From Phyllobates terribilis (Eukaryota), in assembly GCF_046119375.1 (NCBI RefSeq), contig NW_027362763.1, positions 767,622,001-767,686,000 on the forward strand: DNA of 64,000 bases, read 5' to 3'. A program made the position numbers and the translations under genes. Shown one piece after another: positions 1-15,839 of the stretch. The notes beneath the pieces are model-generated. The model saw only the letters and a list, made by a program, of their open reading frames with translations, was not told the origin of the DNA and did no database searches. Position 1 is the stretch's first letter, and every line of letters starts with the position of its first letter.

Positions 1-2622
1 GCACAACTTCCCCTTGTAAAGGAACAGTCTACTCTTTTCTGCCCACAGTTGCTTGGCTTCCTCCGGAGCGTCTGGGTCAAGGCGAGCCTCTGGCCGAGTC
101 AGCATCTCCTTCACCAGCCGGACGGCAGGGTCACTGTCTTGCGTTTCCGCCCAGTTGTAGTGAGGTAAGGGGTTAAGCGTAGCGCCTTGCTTACTCCTTA
201 CCCGATGGGAATACTGGATAGTCCCATGACGGTGAAACGCGGGGAGTTCGACTTCTTCCAATCCCTCTGGATCTTCTCCTACGTCCGGTAGGTTTGGCAT
301 CCTGGACAGGGCGTCCGCGTTGGTATTGGAGCGTCCTGCCCGGTATTTGATTGTGAACTCGTAGTTGGACAGACGGGCCATCCATCTCTGCTCTAGGGCA
401 CCGAGTCTTGCTGTGTCCAGGTGTGTCAACGGGTTGTTATCCGTGTACACGGTGAACCGGGAAGAAGCGAGGTAGTGCTTAAAGCGTTCGGTGACTGCCC
501 ACACCACTGCCAGGAACTCTTGCTTAAATGAGCTGTAATTCTCAGGGTTTCTTTCGGTGGGTCGCAGTTTTCGGCTGGCGTAAGCGATTACTCATTCTTT
601 CCCCTGCTGGATCTGGGACAGCACGGCTCCTAGCCCGATGTTACTTGCGTCGGTGTAGAGGATAAAGGGCTGGCTGTAATCAGGGTACGCCAGGATTTCA
701 TCCCCCGTGAGGGCCATCTTTAGCTGGCGGAAGGACTCTTCTTCTAACTTCTCCCATCTGAAGGGTGGCTTCTGGTTCTTGGCCTTCCGGGACTGGCCTA
801 TCACGAGGTCCTGCATAGGAGCTGCCTTTTTGGTGAAACCGGGGATGAACCTGCGGTAGTAGCCTACCAACCCGAGGAACTGCCGCACTTCCTTTACACT
901 GGAGGGACTTGGCCATTCCTTAATTGCGGTGATCTTATCAGGGTCGGGAGCCACTCCGTCAGCGCTCACCACGTGTCCCAGGTACTGCACCTTTGGTTTC
1001 AGGAGGTGACACTTGGAGGGTTTCACCTTTAGGCCGTAGCTTGCCAGAGCTTCGAACACTTCCGCCAGGTGTTTCAGGTGGTCCTCATAAGTCTTAGAAT
1101 ATACGATGACATCGTCCAGGTACAACAGGACCGTCTCGAAGTTTCTGTGGCCCAGACAGCACTCCATTAATCGTTGGAAGGTTCCTGGTGCGTTGCAGAG
1201 TCCGAACTGCATACAGGTAAACTCGCTAAGTCCCATCGGGGTGGTGAATGCAGTCTTCTCCCGGTCCGCCTCTGCTACAGGAACCTGCCAGTACCCACTA
1301 GTGAGATCCAAGGTAGAGAAGAAGTTAGCAGATCTTAAAGCAGCCAAAGACTCCTCTATCCTTGGTAAGGGGTACGCATCCTTGTGTGTGATACGGTTGA
1401 TTTTCCGGTAATCTACACACATCCTCATGGTGTTGTCTTTCTTTTTGACTAAGACTAGTGGAGCTGCCCAGGGGCTACAGCTATCCCTGATCACCCCAGC
1501 CTCCTTCATGTCTCTAAGCATCCCCTTGGCGTGTTGGTAGTGTGCAGGGGGTACGGGTCGATACCTCTCTTTTATGGGAGGATGGTCTCCCGTGGGGATG
1601 TGGTGTTCTACCCCCTTGACTCGCCCGAAGTCTAACGGGTGTTTACTAAACACTCTCTCGTACTCTTGAACCACCCGATAGACTCCCTGTTTCTGGTGTG
1701 AGGGAGTGGAGTCAGTACCCAAATGTAGTTGCTGACACCAGTCCTCCATTGCTTTCTTAGAGCCGTTACCTTCCTCCGGGTGAGATGGAGGCAAGGGTTC
1801 CACATATTGTATAGCATTTTGGTTAATGGTATATAATTTGGTTAGCGTGGCATACCGGGGCAGGTGCACTTCCCTCTTCCCGATATTGATTATTCGAACG
1901 GGCACCCTCCCATGGCGTACATTAACCACCCCCCGTGCTGTCAAGATGGTGGGCCTACTGTCTGAGTAAACTGGTTCTACCATTGCCTGGTAATCTCTAC
2001 CTCTCAGACCAATAGCTGCCCGGCACCAAATCATCATTTCACTTTTTGGGGGCATGGCAATAGGGAAAGGGTCACACATTCTCACGCTACCAATCTCACC
2101 GCCGGAGAGTTCCACCTGTTGCCGTCGCATCAGTGCCCGGATCTCTTTTTGGAGCACTCGCTGCTCGCCGGAGCTGGCGTTCTTGGCAACCTGCTGTAAA
2201 AGGAAAATCACCTCTGCAAGACAATTTTCAATTACATTAGTTCCTAGAGTTATCTTTGGGTGACTCTCGTGTTTGTCAATGTCTACAATGATCAGTCCCT
2301 GTGCTGCCAGTTCAACTCTACCAATTTTAATGGTCACCTCTTTAAATCCGATCTGTGGCACGGGCTGACCATTGCTGGCGATGATACTCAAGTCATCGTC
2401 AGGGTAGCGGGTAATATCCGAGTCATTCCAGTACTGCTTGAAGAGCACGTACGGGATGGTGGTGACCTGTGACCCGGTGTCCAGTAGGGCACTCATAGGA
2501 ATGCCATCCAGTACCACAGGCAAGACTGGACGTCCTCCCACATATTTGTCGCGCCAGTTCGATGGGCCTGATGATCTTTTTCCTAGGGGTTGGCCCTCTA
2601 CCCTAGGTTGTGCCAGTTTAAA
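1..2622 (-). pseudogene. pol: Gypsy pol (PR-RT-RNaseH) with one premature stop at 592-594
   Basis: ORF 592..2541 has LLDTGS, CVDYRKIN, LDLTSGYWQV, YLDD, YTDAS. After GKE-TGA the same frame reads VIAYASRKL...YTDNNPL...NADALSR to the window edge without further stops (hand translation). Confidence 0.92.
2564..2622 (-). other. Predicted -1 ribosomal frameshift signal (U_UUA_AAC plus pseudoknot) at gag-pol overlap
   Basis: Heptamer TTTAAAC (2622-2616) in the gag frame; pol is in the -1 frame; 8-nt spacer, then stem CCTAGGG/CCCTAGG whose loop GGGCC is complementary to downstream GGCCC. Confidence 0.7.
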
Positions 2623-3578
2623 GGACAGTACCTTGCCATATGTCCGGGTTGATTACAGCGGCGGCAGATGGGTCGTCCGTCCTCGTTGTATCGGTCGCTG
2701 GGTCTTCCTCTGGCCGGTGGGGTCCTCCTTGGTCGACGCCACGGGATGTCCTCCGGTCCGGATGCCAGCTGGATCTTCCCTGGAGTAGAAACCTGTAAAG
2801 ACTGCACAGTTCGGGTTAGCGCAGCAACGCTTTTAGCTAGCTCTTGGACCTGATGGTGCAGGTCTGGAGCCGGGTCATTGCTCAAAGCCTGCGCATCAGC
2901 TCCCACAGGCCCTGCCGACAAGGGCGCCGCCTCCTGGTGGTAAGTAGTAGTGGGGCGTCTGTGGGTCACAACGCCACCTGGTGCCGGTTCTCGGAGCACC
3001 CGGATGGCTCTGTCCTTGAACTGTGCAAATCCCAGATGAGGGTCCTGTAAGGCCATTGCCCGCAACTGGGTTCGGTGGGCATTGCAATATAAACCCTCTA
3101 TAAATTGTTCAGTCAACAGCCTGTCCTCGTCTCCCACGCCGTCAGGGTCGGTCTGCTTAATGGCTCTCAGGGCCTCTTGTAGGTTCAGGGCATAGTCCCT
3201 TATACTCTCATGTGCCCGCTGTTTGCACCCGTAGAATCTAAGCTTGATCTCGGCTGAGGTGCGGGTATCAAAGGTGTCCCTCAGCCGGGTTAGTATCCCT
3301 GCGACAGTCCTCCTCCCAGGTGGCCAGGACTTTACCTCCCTTTGGGCTGCCCCGGTTAGTTGGGCCACCAGGATGCTCACTTTTTGCTCTTCTGTGAGGG
3401 GGCACACCTGGAAGAGGCTATCCAGCTTTTCTTTAAAGTCATTCAGGGTATGTGACTCCCCTGAGTACTGGGGTAGCCAGGCTGCTCCCGGGATATAGGG
3501 CATGGTGAAAGGCATGACTGCAGCAGCGGTGGCGCTGGCGGGGGTTGAGGCAGTGAAGCTCTCCTCCGTATCCGACAT
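2598..3578 (-). CDS. gag: Gypsy Gag (capsid-like region plus CCHC zinc knuckle), 326 aa
   Basis: Open ORF ending in CRRCNQPGHMARYC, immediately upstream of pol. Confidence 0.9.
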   Translation of the reverse strand: MSDTEESFTASTPASATAAAVMPFTMPYIPGAAWLPQYSGESHTLNDFKEKLDSLFQVCPLTEEQKVSILVAQLTGAAQREVKSWPPGRRTVAGILTRLRDTFDTRTSAEIKLRFYGCKQRAHESIRDYALNLQEALRAIKQTDPDGVGDEDRLLTEQFIEGLYCNAHRTQLRAMALQDPHLGFAQFKDRAIRVLREPAPGGVVTHRRPTTTYHQEAAPLSAGPVGADAQALSNDPAPDLHHQVQELAKSVAALTRTVQSLQVSTPGKIQLASGPEDIPWRRPRRTPPARGRPSDRYNEDGRPICRRCNQPGHMARYCPLNWHNLG

Positions 3579-3805
3579 CTTTCTCCCCCCCTAGTGGACC
3601 GTGGCCTACCTTGCGATGATCCTCTTCCGTAGGCCGCGGCTCCGCAGTGGATCGTCAGGGTTGAGGACCTTCCGTCGCGCTCCTGTGACGTCGGCGTCTG
3701 CTGGGCTCCTTCCAGGACCTTACGCAACGTCCGGACGTGAGGCGGGGCTTCAGTTCTTGCGCGCTGTCGGAGTCCACGCCCCTCTTCTTCCCGCGCGGCG
3801 TCTTC

Positions 3806-3950
3806 AAGATGGCGTCCAACGGCGGGAAAACTCCACGGATGGCGGGAAGAAGGCAGAAGATGGCGCCGGATGGCGGGAAAACTTCGCGGATGGCGGGAAG
3901 AAGGTAGAAGATGGCGCCGGATGGCGGGAAACCTCCACGGATGGCGGGAA
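3806..3950. repeat. Three 51-bp tandem repeats in the Gypsy 5' leader
   Basis: AAGATGGCG at 3806, 3857, 3908 with shared GGATGGCGGGAA blocks. Confidence 0.85.
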
Positions 3951-4017
3951 TCTTCACCACTGGTAAGTTTGAACAGTCTTTTTCAGGCACGCAGTACCCG
4001 GTGGTTGCGGGCACGAA

Positions 4018-4035
4018 ATCCTGCCAACTACGCCA
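4018..4035 (-). promoter_or_regulatory. Primer-binding site, tRNA-Ser(AGA/TGA type)
   Basis: TGGCGTAGTTGGCAGGAT 5 nt after the LTR end; 17/18 match to the recalled vertebrate tRNA-Ser 3'-end complement TGGCGTAGTCGGCAGGAT. Confidence 0.85.
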
Positions 4036-4040
4036 AAAGT

Positions 4041-5039
4041 TGACGCGCCCCTGGGCCTGTGTCGCGCTGCGTTGCGCACGCGGGAGCTTACCCGGAGCCG
4101 GATCTGTTGAGGGTTGTAGTCTCGTGGCGGTGACCCGGTCCGTGCCCAGGGAGTCAAACTGAGCGGCGATGTATCAGCGGTAGATGTTGGACGACTACGC
4201 CACCCGTTGAGTACAGCTAAGGAGCTCCTGCTGCAGGGCAGACCGCTGAGGCCGGTGGTAGGATTGTGCAGCGTGATAGTATAACCCCCAACGGGAGGGG
4301 TATGGCCTCAGGGCAGCCGACGTGGATGATGGGGGTAGCAGGAACCACTCGGAGACGGTACGGTGTAGTTCAGGGTCTTTACTGGTGACAAAGATAGACC
4401 TTCCCGGAGTACTGGCTAGCGATTGGGGCCTGGTCAGTCCTTGAGCAGATGGGATCTCCCCTGGCCAGGCGGAGTTGTAGGCCTCCCAAACTAACTACTC
4501 TTCTGGCTACCTTGCTAGAGGCGGGTATAAGTAGCCCACGTCCCTGAGTGTACCGTGTGGTGCTCACCCGTATGGCCGGTGACTCGGGGCCTTCTAGTAG
4601 CTTCCGCTCCACGACGGCGGTGCTGGTCCCATGCGTGTGACCGTGCCTTCGGGTTTCTTGGCCAGAGGACCTGGAATCCCCTGCCTGACGGATTCTGCTG
4701 CTGGGTAGGAGTTAGTCCCCACAGCCTCGGACTCCGGGTCCGGTAAGAAATCTTCTCAGTCAGGGCGAGCTCTGCAGCTGCCAGCCCCTGACTCCTTGTA
4801 ACACTGCTCCCACAGAGCTCCTGATGTTCTGTTCCTATATTTGCTTCTTTTCTCTGTCTCTACTTCTTCTCTACTCACTAACCCTGCCTCAGCCCTAGGT
4901 TTATATAGGGGAAGTTCTTCCCCTCCCAGGACTGGGCAGGAGGTGTGGCATGCATAGGATTCCTGACCAAGAGACCTCCCACTTGCTCTCAGACATAACA
5001 TTGCTGTTACTGTGGAAACCAGATCCCTGGGGTGCCACA
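4041..5039 (-). repeat. Gypsy 5' LTR (~1.0 kb)
   Basis: Starts TGTGGCACCCC, ends GGGGCGCGTCA; TATA-like CCTATATAAA near 4900; AGTAAA at 4383-4378; followed by PBS. Confidence 0.9.
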
Positions 5040-5396
5040 CCTACACTACCTAATAAACAAGCGAATCTCTCCCTAGCTCAGCAGCAGCTCTCCCTACACT
5101 GTCTGATTCCGGAGTGACTGTGACGAGCACAGCGGTGCCAGGTCTGATATAGACCTGATGACGCTGTGCGGCCAGCCAATCACTGTAATGCCACAACCAA
5201 CATGACTTCGGCATTACTGTGAGTGGCAGGCAATCCCTGCATGTTGATTGGCTCTGTAAAGAGCGCCAAACATGCATGGAGGGGACCCGAGCATCCGCCC
5301 GAGCATATCGCAAGTACTTGGCGAGCTCCGAGCATCTCGAGTACTGAGATGCTCCGGCGAGTACTGAGTACTTGTGAGTATGCTCGCTCATCACTA
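5040..5396. mobile_element. Right-end remnant of a hAT-type MITE (TAGTGATGAGCG terminus), interrupted by the Gypsy LTR
   Basis: Ends ...CTCGCTCATCACTA, same terminal family as the adjacent MITE. Confidence 0.55.
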
Positions 5397-5404
5397 GTCA
5401 TTAC

Positions 5405-5670
5405 TAGAGATGAGCGAACATGAACTCCAAAGTTCGGGGTTCGTACCGGACAGTTAGTGGCCGGTGTTAAACGCTAAACACAGACTTCTCCCGAAAATCC
5501 ATTGCAATGATCGGGGCAAATCCGGGAGGAAATAGAGAGAGAATTTTCCAGATCAAAAGTTCGGGTTGCTATTCTTTTCAATGGAGTTCTGGCTCAAGTT
5601 CAACCAAACTTTGGAATATAGTTCGGGTTGGGTACCAGAACTCGAACTTCCACGGGTCTGCTCATCCCTA
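5405..5670. mobile_element. hAT-type MITE
   Basis: Inverted termini TAGAGATGAGCG / GCTCATCCCTA; 8-bp near-TSD GTCATTAC / GTCATTAT. Confidence 0.75.
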
Positions 5671-8600
5671 GTCATTATTTTTCATACTCTTTATAATTCT
5701 GCTTTTACAAAACCTGAAATGAATAAATGCTGAAATGTACATTTCTTCAGATTTTTCATTCAGGTAACTGAAAATGAACTAAGAAAAATACAAGCATAAA
5801 ATGTATTTCGATGTATACGTCTCTGTAGTCTAAGCGGTAAAAAACAGTTGTTATAAATGTGACTACCACCTTTGCACCCACGTCTCTTCACCTCAGCTTC
5901 CATATCTATTTAGAAATATAGAAAGTTAGAACATGGCTACCAACATTGGCCGCTGGACAGAGAGGAAATGTATTTGCCAAGTTTTGGTGGGGGCCGCAGA
6001 CAGCAGCTTGGGGACATTCCGCAGGTAAAATTTCTGGCTTCACCTCGGCAATTGTTAATAAAATAGAAAGGTTCCACATGGTATAGAAAAGCAAGAGGCC
6101 ACAAATTGTGAGGAATCCTGAGAAAACGATTCAGGAGAAGAACATTGTCATTAGGGCTAAATTTTATCTAGGACAAAAGTGGTAATTGTCTAAGGGCTTC
6201 TACTGCCTTATCACTTTCATCACAAGTTCCCTTCAGCCCTACATGCAGCAAAACTTGGGAGCCAAAAAAATGTAAAGTGTTCCTCATACAAGATTATTAT
6301 ATGGCTGAAGAAGTGATTAATTTTCTCTAATATTTCTTATTTAAGGTGAGGGCTCCATTCCTCTAAATGTAATACTAATAAGAAGAAATCTGGTGGTCGA
6401 GCATTCTTGGTTATTTCCATAGGGAGAGGGTCAGATGCATCACTTTAAGGACAGGTGCAGACGATCATATATTCTCTAATCCGAGACAATCAGGCAGATT
6501 ATGCAAATCACACTTCAATTAAAGTTGGATCAGAGTGGGTTGATAGTGTGATCCATAGGATAGGACATCAATGTATGATCGGCCCGGGTCCCACACCCGG
6601 CACCCCTCGCCAATTAGCTGTTATTGGTGCCGGCGGCAGCCGCAGGCCGGAAGTGCTCACCTGCTGTGCTTGGCCGTCCATCAGTAGTGGCCGCCGCAGG
6701 GTATTGCACATCCGCCTCCCATTGAATTGAATAGGAGTCGGATGTGCAGCAACAAGCGCTGGCCACTGCAACTTAACGGCCAAGCACCGCAGGTAAGCAA
6801 TTCCTGCCAGTGGCCGCAGCTGGCACCCATAACATCTGATCGGCGGGGGTGTCTATTCTAGGGCATCAATGTAAAAGTAGTAGATAACCCCTTTAACAGA
6901 ATAATATGAATGAAAGATTATTATTAGAGGCAGATTATACAGACACAGTATTTACAGAATCAATGGCAAAACAATTATATAAACAGGAATATATTGTTTA
7001 ATGTATAATGGGGAATATCAGGATAAACTCGGGGTCTACAATCTAAGCTAATTCTACTTGGGAGGGGGGTAAATGCTGTACTTGGCGTGAACAATCTGTA
7101 AGAACTTCCGCGGCTTTCTGGACCGCCACTCCGTCTCACTGGCCGCACGTTTTCCTAACAAAGTCTATCAATTCTCTCTAGGCCACTCTAGCATCAGCCG
7201 GTCTGGCCCACAGTCCTCCCTCTGCCTAAGTCCAGTACTGTAAGTCTCTGCTGAATGTGAGGGCCCGTCCCACACGTCTCCTCCGATCACCGGCCCAGAC
7301 ACGGGTCTCTGGCCGGGTATCCTCAGGGATTCTTTGCTACTTGACCACGGAGGAGTGTCTCCTTGGTCTGTATTGAAGGGGGCTGATCCTCAGCTGTTGG
7401 CCGGCGTTGTCTAGGTCAGAAGCCTTGACTGGCGTCATTCGGATCTTCGGTGCTTGACCGTCGATGGATGAAGTCTGGAACTTAACTGGCGTAGCTCTGG
7501 TCTTCGGTATTTGACAGTCGTCGTCTGAGTCTGGGCCTTGTTGGTACACACGGCTGCGGCCAACTGTCATGGCTGCTGGAGCAGCAGCAAGACCAATTGT
7601 CACTTCCCTTGGCGCCCAATCCTCTCCTGTTTTGGCACGCTGGCCTTTTGTATCCAAGACTGTCTCCATTGCTGTCACCTTACTCGGAGCACTGGCTAAT
7701 TCCGTCCCTCCTGCAACTTCTCTCCTCCGGATCAGTTCCGCAGGGTTTTGTACAGGCCTGGAAGCCGCATGGCATTGCAGCGTTTTATCCCCTGTGCTCC
7801 GTTCTCCTACACGTCAACATTAAGATGTATTGTCTTTGGATCCGGTCAGGCTCGCTTTTCAGACAATCATTCATTCTGATGAATCCCCCCTATAACCTCT
7901 TTCGGGAGATCGATTCGATAGGGATTTTCACTTATCTTTTGCCTAGGTAATAATGTTTAATGTTGGACGTGCCTCTTTAAGGTTGCAGATACAATTGAAT
8001 CCAGGAACAAGGCCTAGGTTGGTGCACAGGAAGTTTCCATCATCAGGATCAGTGAGACGTCTTACTATATAATATAAAATCATATCAATAGAATTTTTCC
8101 TCTAATAAGCACATACTTGTAAAGGATTCACATGTGCTTCTCGCTGCACCTTGCGTGGGCAGATGTCTCACAGCCAGTCCTCGGGGCCCCTGTGTGCTAA
8201 AGCTGATCCTTCCTTCTTCTGTCAGAAATTACCAAATCCGGCCATTGCATAAATACATTAATATTTTTCTTAATTCATTTCCTGGACTAGTTAACTGCCA
8301 TGATCTCTTATTCAAGGGAAATAAGAAAACAAATATTTAAACTTTCAATAATTCAGTTTAGGTTGTATATTTGGAGAACCGTGAAGAGCCCAGAAATGGT
8401 TACGAGACATCGGGTAATCTTGTGTACCTCCCCAGCACTGATCATTACAATGCTGCACCTATGTGTTTCCCACACACTGGGTCTGCCAAGTAATAAATGT
8501 GAGGTGCTGAATACTAAGCAGAGTCAATAGAACAAAACACTTCTGCGGGGGCTGAAGCTACAGTATGTCTGGATTATGACTTTCATGATATATTCACTCT

Positions 8601-9936
8601 CATTAAATAGTAAAATCCCTTACTTTAATGTTCTAAGTAAAGATGAAAAACCTTATTTACTAAAGATGTCTGTACAGTGAGAAAGGAAACTTTAAAATAA
8701 AGATAATTACGAGCGGTCACTTCTATTCTGCCTGCACTCTCAGGTGGACTAGATCACAGCAGCTTCTGTACAGGTTAAACACACAGGATCCTGTAGATAA
8801 CGCTCCGATCCTTAGTTTACCATTAGTGTTACAGTCAGTAGTATAAAGTCTTGTATCTTTATAAAACATATTACTTACCATGTTTACTGCTTTCATTTAT
8901 CTTTCCCCATTAAAAAAACAAACACACAAAAAAATTTTGTCTAGGAAACTGTCAGCATGCTACTCTTGACTGATAGATTCTGAATGGCCTTTGGAGTTTG
9001 CCCCATTTGGCTCCTACAGGCTCTTTGTTTCCCGCACATTCAACTATAATGTGGTCTGTGGCTGAAAATCAGTTGAGAGGAGCTCAGAAAAAGACGGATA
9101 AAGCAGTTACAAACTGTACGGTCTGATTAAGCTCACTGATGGATTCTCAGTAAACTCATTCTGCAGTCAGCAATAGACAGTGCAACACAGAGGCTACAGG
9201 TAAAGTAATAGGTGCAAAATATTAAGTGAAACCTGAGTGCAAAAAAGATATTTTATCTCAAATACATACCTTTCTATAAAAAAAGGCTCCAAAGTTGGAC
9301 AGCACCTTTAAGAAAAATGTTTTTTTTTTCTAAAACAATGCTACTTTGGTTCATGGACTTGTCTGGCATTGCACTTTAAAAGGAATCTGTCAATGGGTTT
9401 TTACTATGTTATCAGAAAGCAGCATGATGTAAGCACAGAGATCCTGATTCCAGCAATGCATCACCTACTGGTCTGTGTGTTCTTGTTTCAATAAAATCAG
9501 TGTTATCAGCAGGAGATTATCAGTAGAGGACTAATTGTCTCTTGCCATGTAGTCTTCTTGCTCTGTGAAACTACACTCACCATTGACTAGCAACTTTCGG
9601 CCTATGAACAGTGCACACAGACAGCTGCCAATCATTGGTCAGGGCGGTGTAATACAGGGCTCATCATTCAGAGAACTGCTAGATCTGCAGCAGAGAAAAC
9701 AGGGATTTTATCAAAATTACAACATGCAGCGATGCATTACATGGAATCAGGGTCTCTGCCCCTACAACATGCTATTCTTAGCTTATATAGCAAAACCTGC
9801 TGAAAGATTATCTTTCATAGCTATTCACTTGAATTGGGCAACAACAGGCAAAAGTGGTGTTGTGCCTGCAAAAGAGCAAACCCTTTTTCAAATCTTTTTT
9901 GTTGCAGAGAAACTGTTGTTTCAATTTATATATATA

Positions 9937-12300
<2,364 letters not shown>

Positions 12301-12449
12301 TATATATCCTGCGTTTTTGAGCAGTTTTCTTTGTGTGTGTATCTTTGCTTTCTCTTCTGCATAATCTTCTATAGGCAGCAACTGTAATGTGATCCCTCAG
12401 TGAGTTGAAAACCTTCACTGAAGACAGAATTGAGCACTGTATCTATCTA

Positions 12450-14083
12450 CAGTGGGTACAGAAAGTATTCAGACTCCTTTCAATTTTTCACTCTTTGCTT
12501 CATTGCAGCCATTTGGTAAATTTTAAAAAGTTCATTTTTTTTCTCATTAAAGTACACTCTGCACCCCATCTTGACTGAAAAAAAACAGAGATGTAGAAAT
12601 TTTTGCAAATTTATTAAAAAATAAAAACTGAAATATCACATGGTCATAAGTATTCATACCCTTTGCTCAGTATTGTGTAGAAGCACCCTTTTGAGCTAGT
12701 ACAGCCATGAATCTTCTTGGGAATGATGCAACAAGTTTTTCACACCTGGATTTGGGGATCCTCTGCCATTCTTCCATGCAGATCCTCTCCAGTTCCGTCA
12801 GGTTGGATGGTGAACGTTGGTGAACAGCCATTTTCAGGTCTCTCCAGAGATGCTCAATTGGGTTTAGGTCAGGGCTCTGGCTGGGCCTGTCAAGAATGGT
12901 CACAGAGTTGTTTTGAAGTCACTCCTTTGTTATTTTAGTTGGGTGCTTAGGGTCAGTGTCTTGTTGGAAGGTGAACCTTCAGCCAAGTCTGAGGTCCAGA
13001 GCACTCTGGAAGAGGTTTTCATCCAGGATATCTCTGTATTTGGCCGCATTCATGTTTCCTTCAATTGCATCCAGTTGTCCTGTCCCTGCAGCTGAAAAAC
13101 ACCCCCATAGCATGATGTTGCCATCACCATGTTTCACTGTTGGGATTGTATTGGGCAGGTGATGAGCAGTGCCTGGTTTTCTCCACATATACCACTTAGA
13201 ATTATCACCAAAAAGTTCTATCTTTGTCTCATCAGACCAGAGAATCTTATTTCTCATAGTCTGGGAGTCCTTCATGTGTTTTTGAGCAAACTCTATGCGG
13301 GCTTTCATATGTCTTGCACTGAGGAGAGGCTTCCATCAGGCCACTCTGCCTTAAAGGCCCAACTGGTGGAGGGCTGCAGTGATAGTTGACTTTATGGAAC
13401 TTTTTCCCATCTCCCTATTGCATCTCTGGAGCTCAGCCACAGTGATCCTGGGGTTCTTCTTTACCTCTCTCACAAAGGCTCTTCTCCCACGATTGCTGAG
13501 TTTGACTGGACGGCCAGGTCTAGGAAGACTTCTGGTGGTCCCAAACTTCTTCCATTTAAGAATTATGGAGGCCACTGTGCTCTTAGGAACCTTGAGTAAT
13601 GCAGAAATTCTTTTGTAACCTTGGTCAGATCTGTGCCTTGCCACAATTCTGTCTCTGAGCTCCTTGGGCAGTTCCTTTGAGCTCATGATTCTCATTTGGT
13701 CTGACATGCACTGTGAGCTGTGAGGTCTTATATAGACAGGTGTGTGCCTTTCCAAATCAAGTCCTATCAGTTTAATTAAACACAGCTGGACTCCAATGAA
13801 GGAGTAGAACCATCTCAAGGAGGATCACAAGGAAATGGACAGCATGTGACTTAAATATGAGTGTCTGAGCAAAGGGTCTGAATACTTATGACCATGTGAT
13901 ATTTCAGTTTTTCTTTTTTAATAAATTTGAAAAAATTTCTACATTTCTGTTTTTTTTCCAGTCAAGATGGGGTGCAGAGTGTACGCTAATGAGAAAAAAA
14001 ATGAACTTTTTAGAATTTACCAAATGGCTGCAATGAAACAAAGAGTGAAAAATTTAAAGGGGTCTGAATACTTTCCGGACCCA

Positions 14084-14086
<3 letters not shown>
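12450..14086 (-). mobile_element. Tc1 transposon, degenerate
   Basis: TIR CAGTGGGTACAGAAAGTATTCAGAC; transposase fragments [30 protein letters not shown] split by stops and frameshifts. Confidence 0.92.

Positions 14087-14142
<56 letters not shown>
14086..14142. repeat. (TATC)n microsatellite
   Basis: Perfect tetranucleotide run between two Tc1 elements. Confidence 0.98.
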
Positions 14143-15780
<1,638 letters not shown>

Positions 15781-15824
<44 letters not shown>

Positions 15825-15838
15825 GATCTATCTATCTA
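15781..15838. repeat. (TATC)n microsatellite
   Basis: Tetranucleotide run continuing after the Tc1. Confidence 0.97.
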
Positions 15839-15839
15839 T

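Larger units (their letters stand above)
1..5039 (-). mobile_element. Ty3/Gypsy LTR retrotransposon, 5' portion (LTR, PBS, gag, PR-RT-RNaseH); continues beyond left edge
   Basis: LTR TG...CA at 5039-4041, tRNA-Ser PBS, gag with CCHC knuckle, pol with protease LLDTGS, RT YLDD and RNase H motifs in Gypsy order. Confidence 0.95.

Noticed and set aside
592-2541. Gmr1-type domain order (integrase before RT)
   Set aside because: Protease is followed directly by RT and RNase H; integrase would lie beyond the window edge
5941-6117. Possible minus-strand host exon (FLTICGLLLFYTMWNLS...CGPHQNL), good acceptor, 177 nt
   Set aside because: Weak donor (GTAGCC), no recognisable family and no partner exons; only RNA-seq or BLAST could support it
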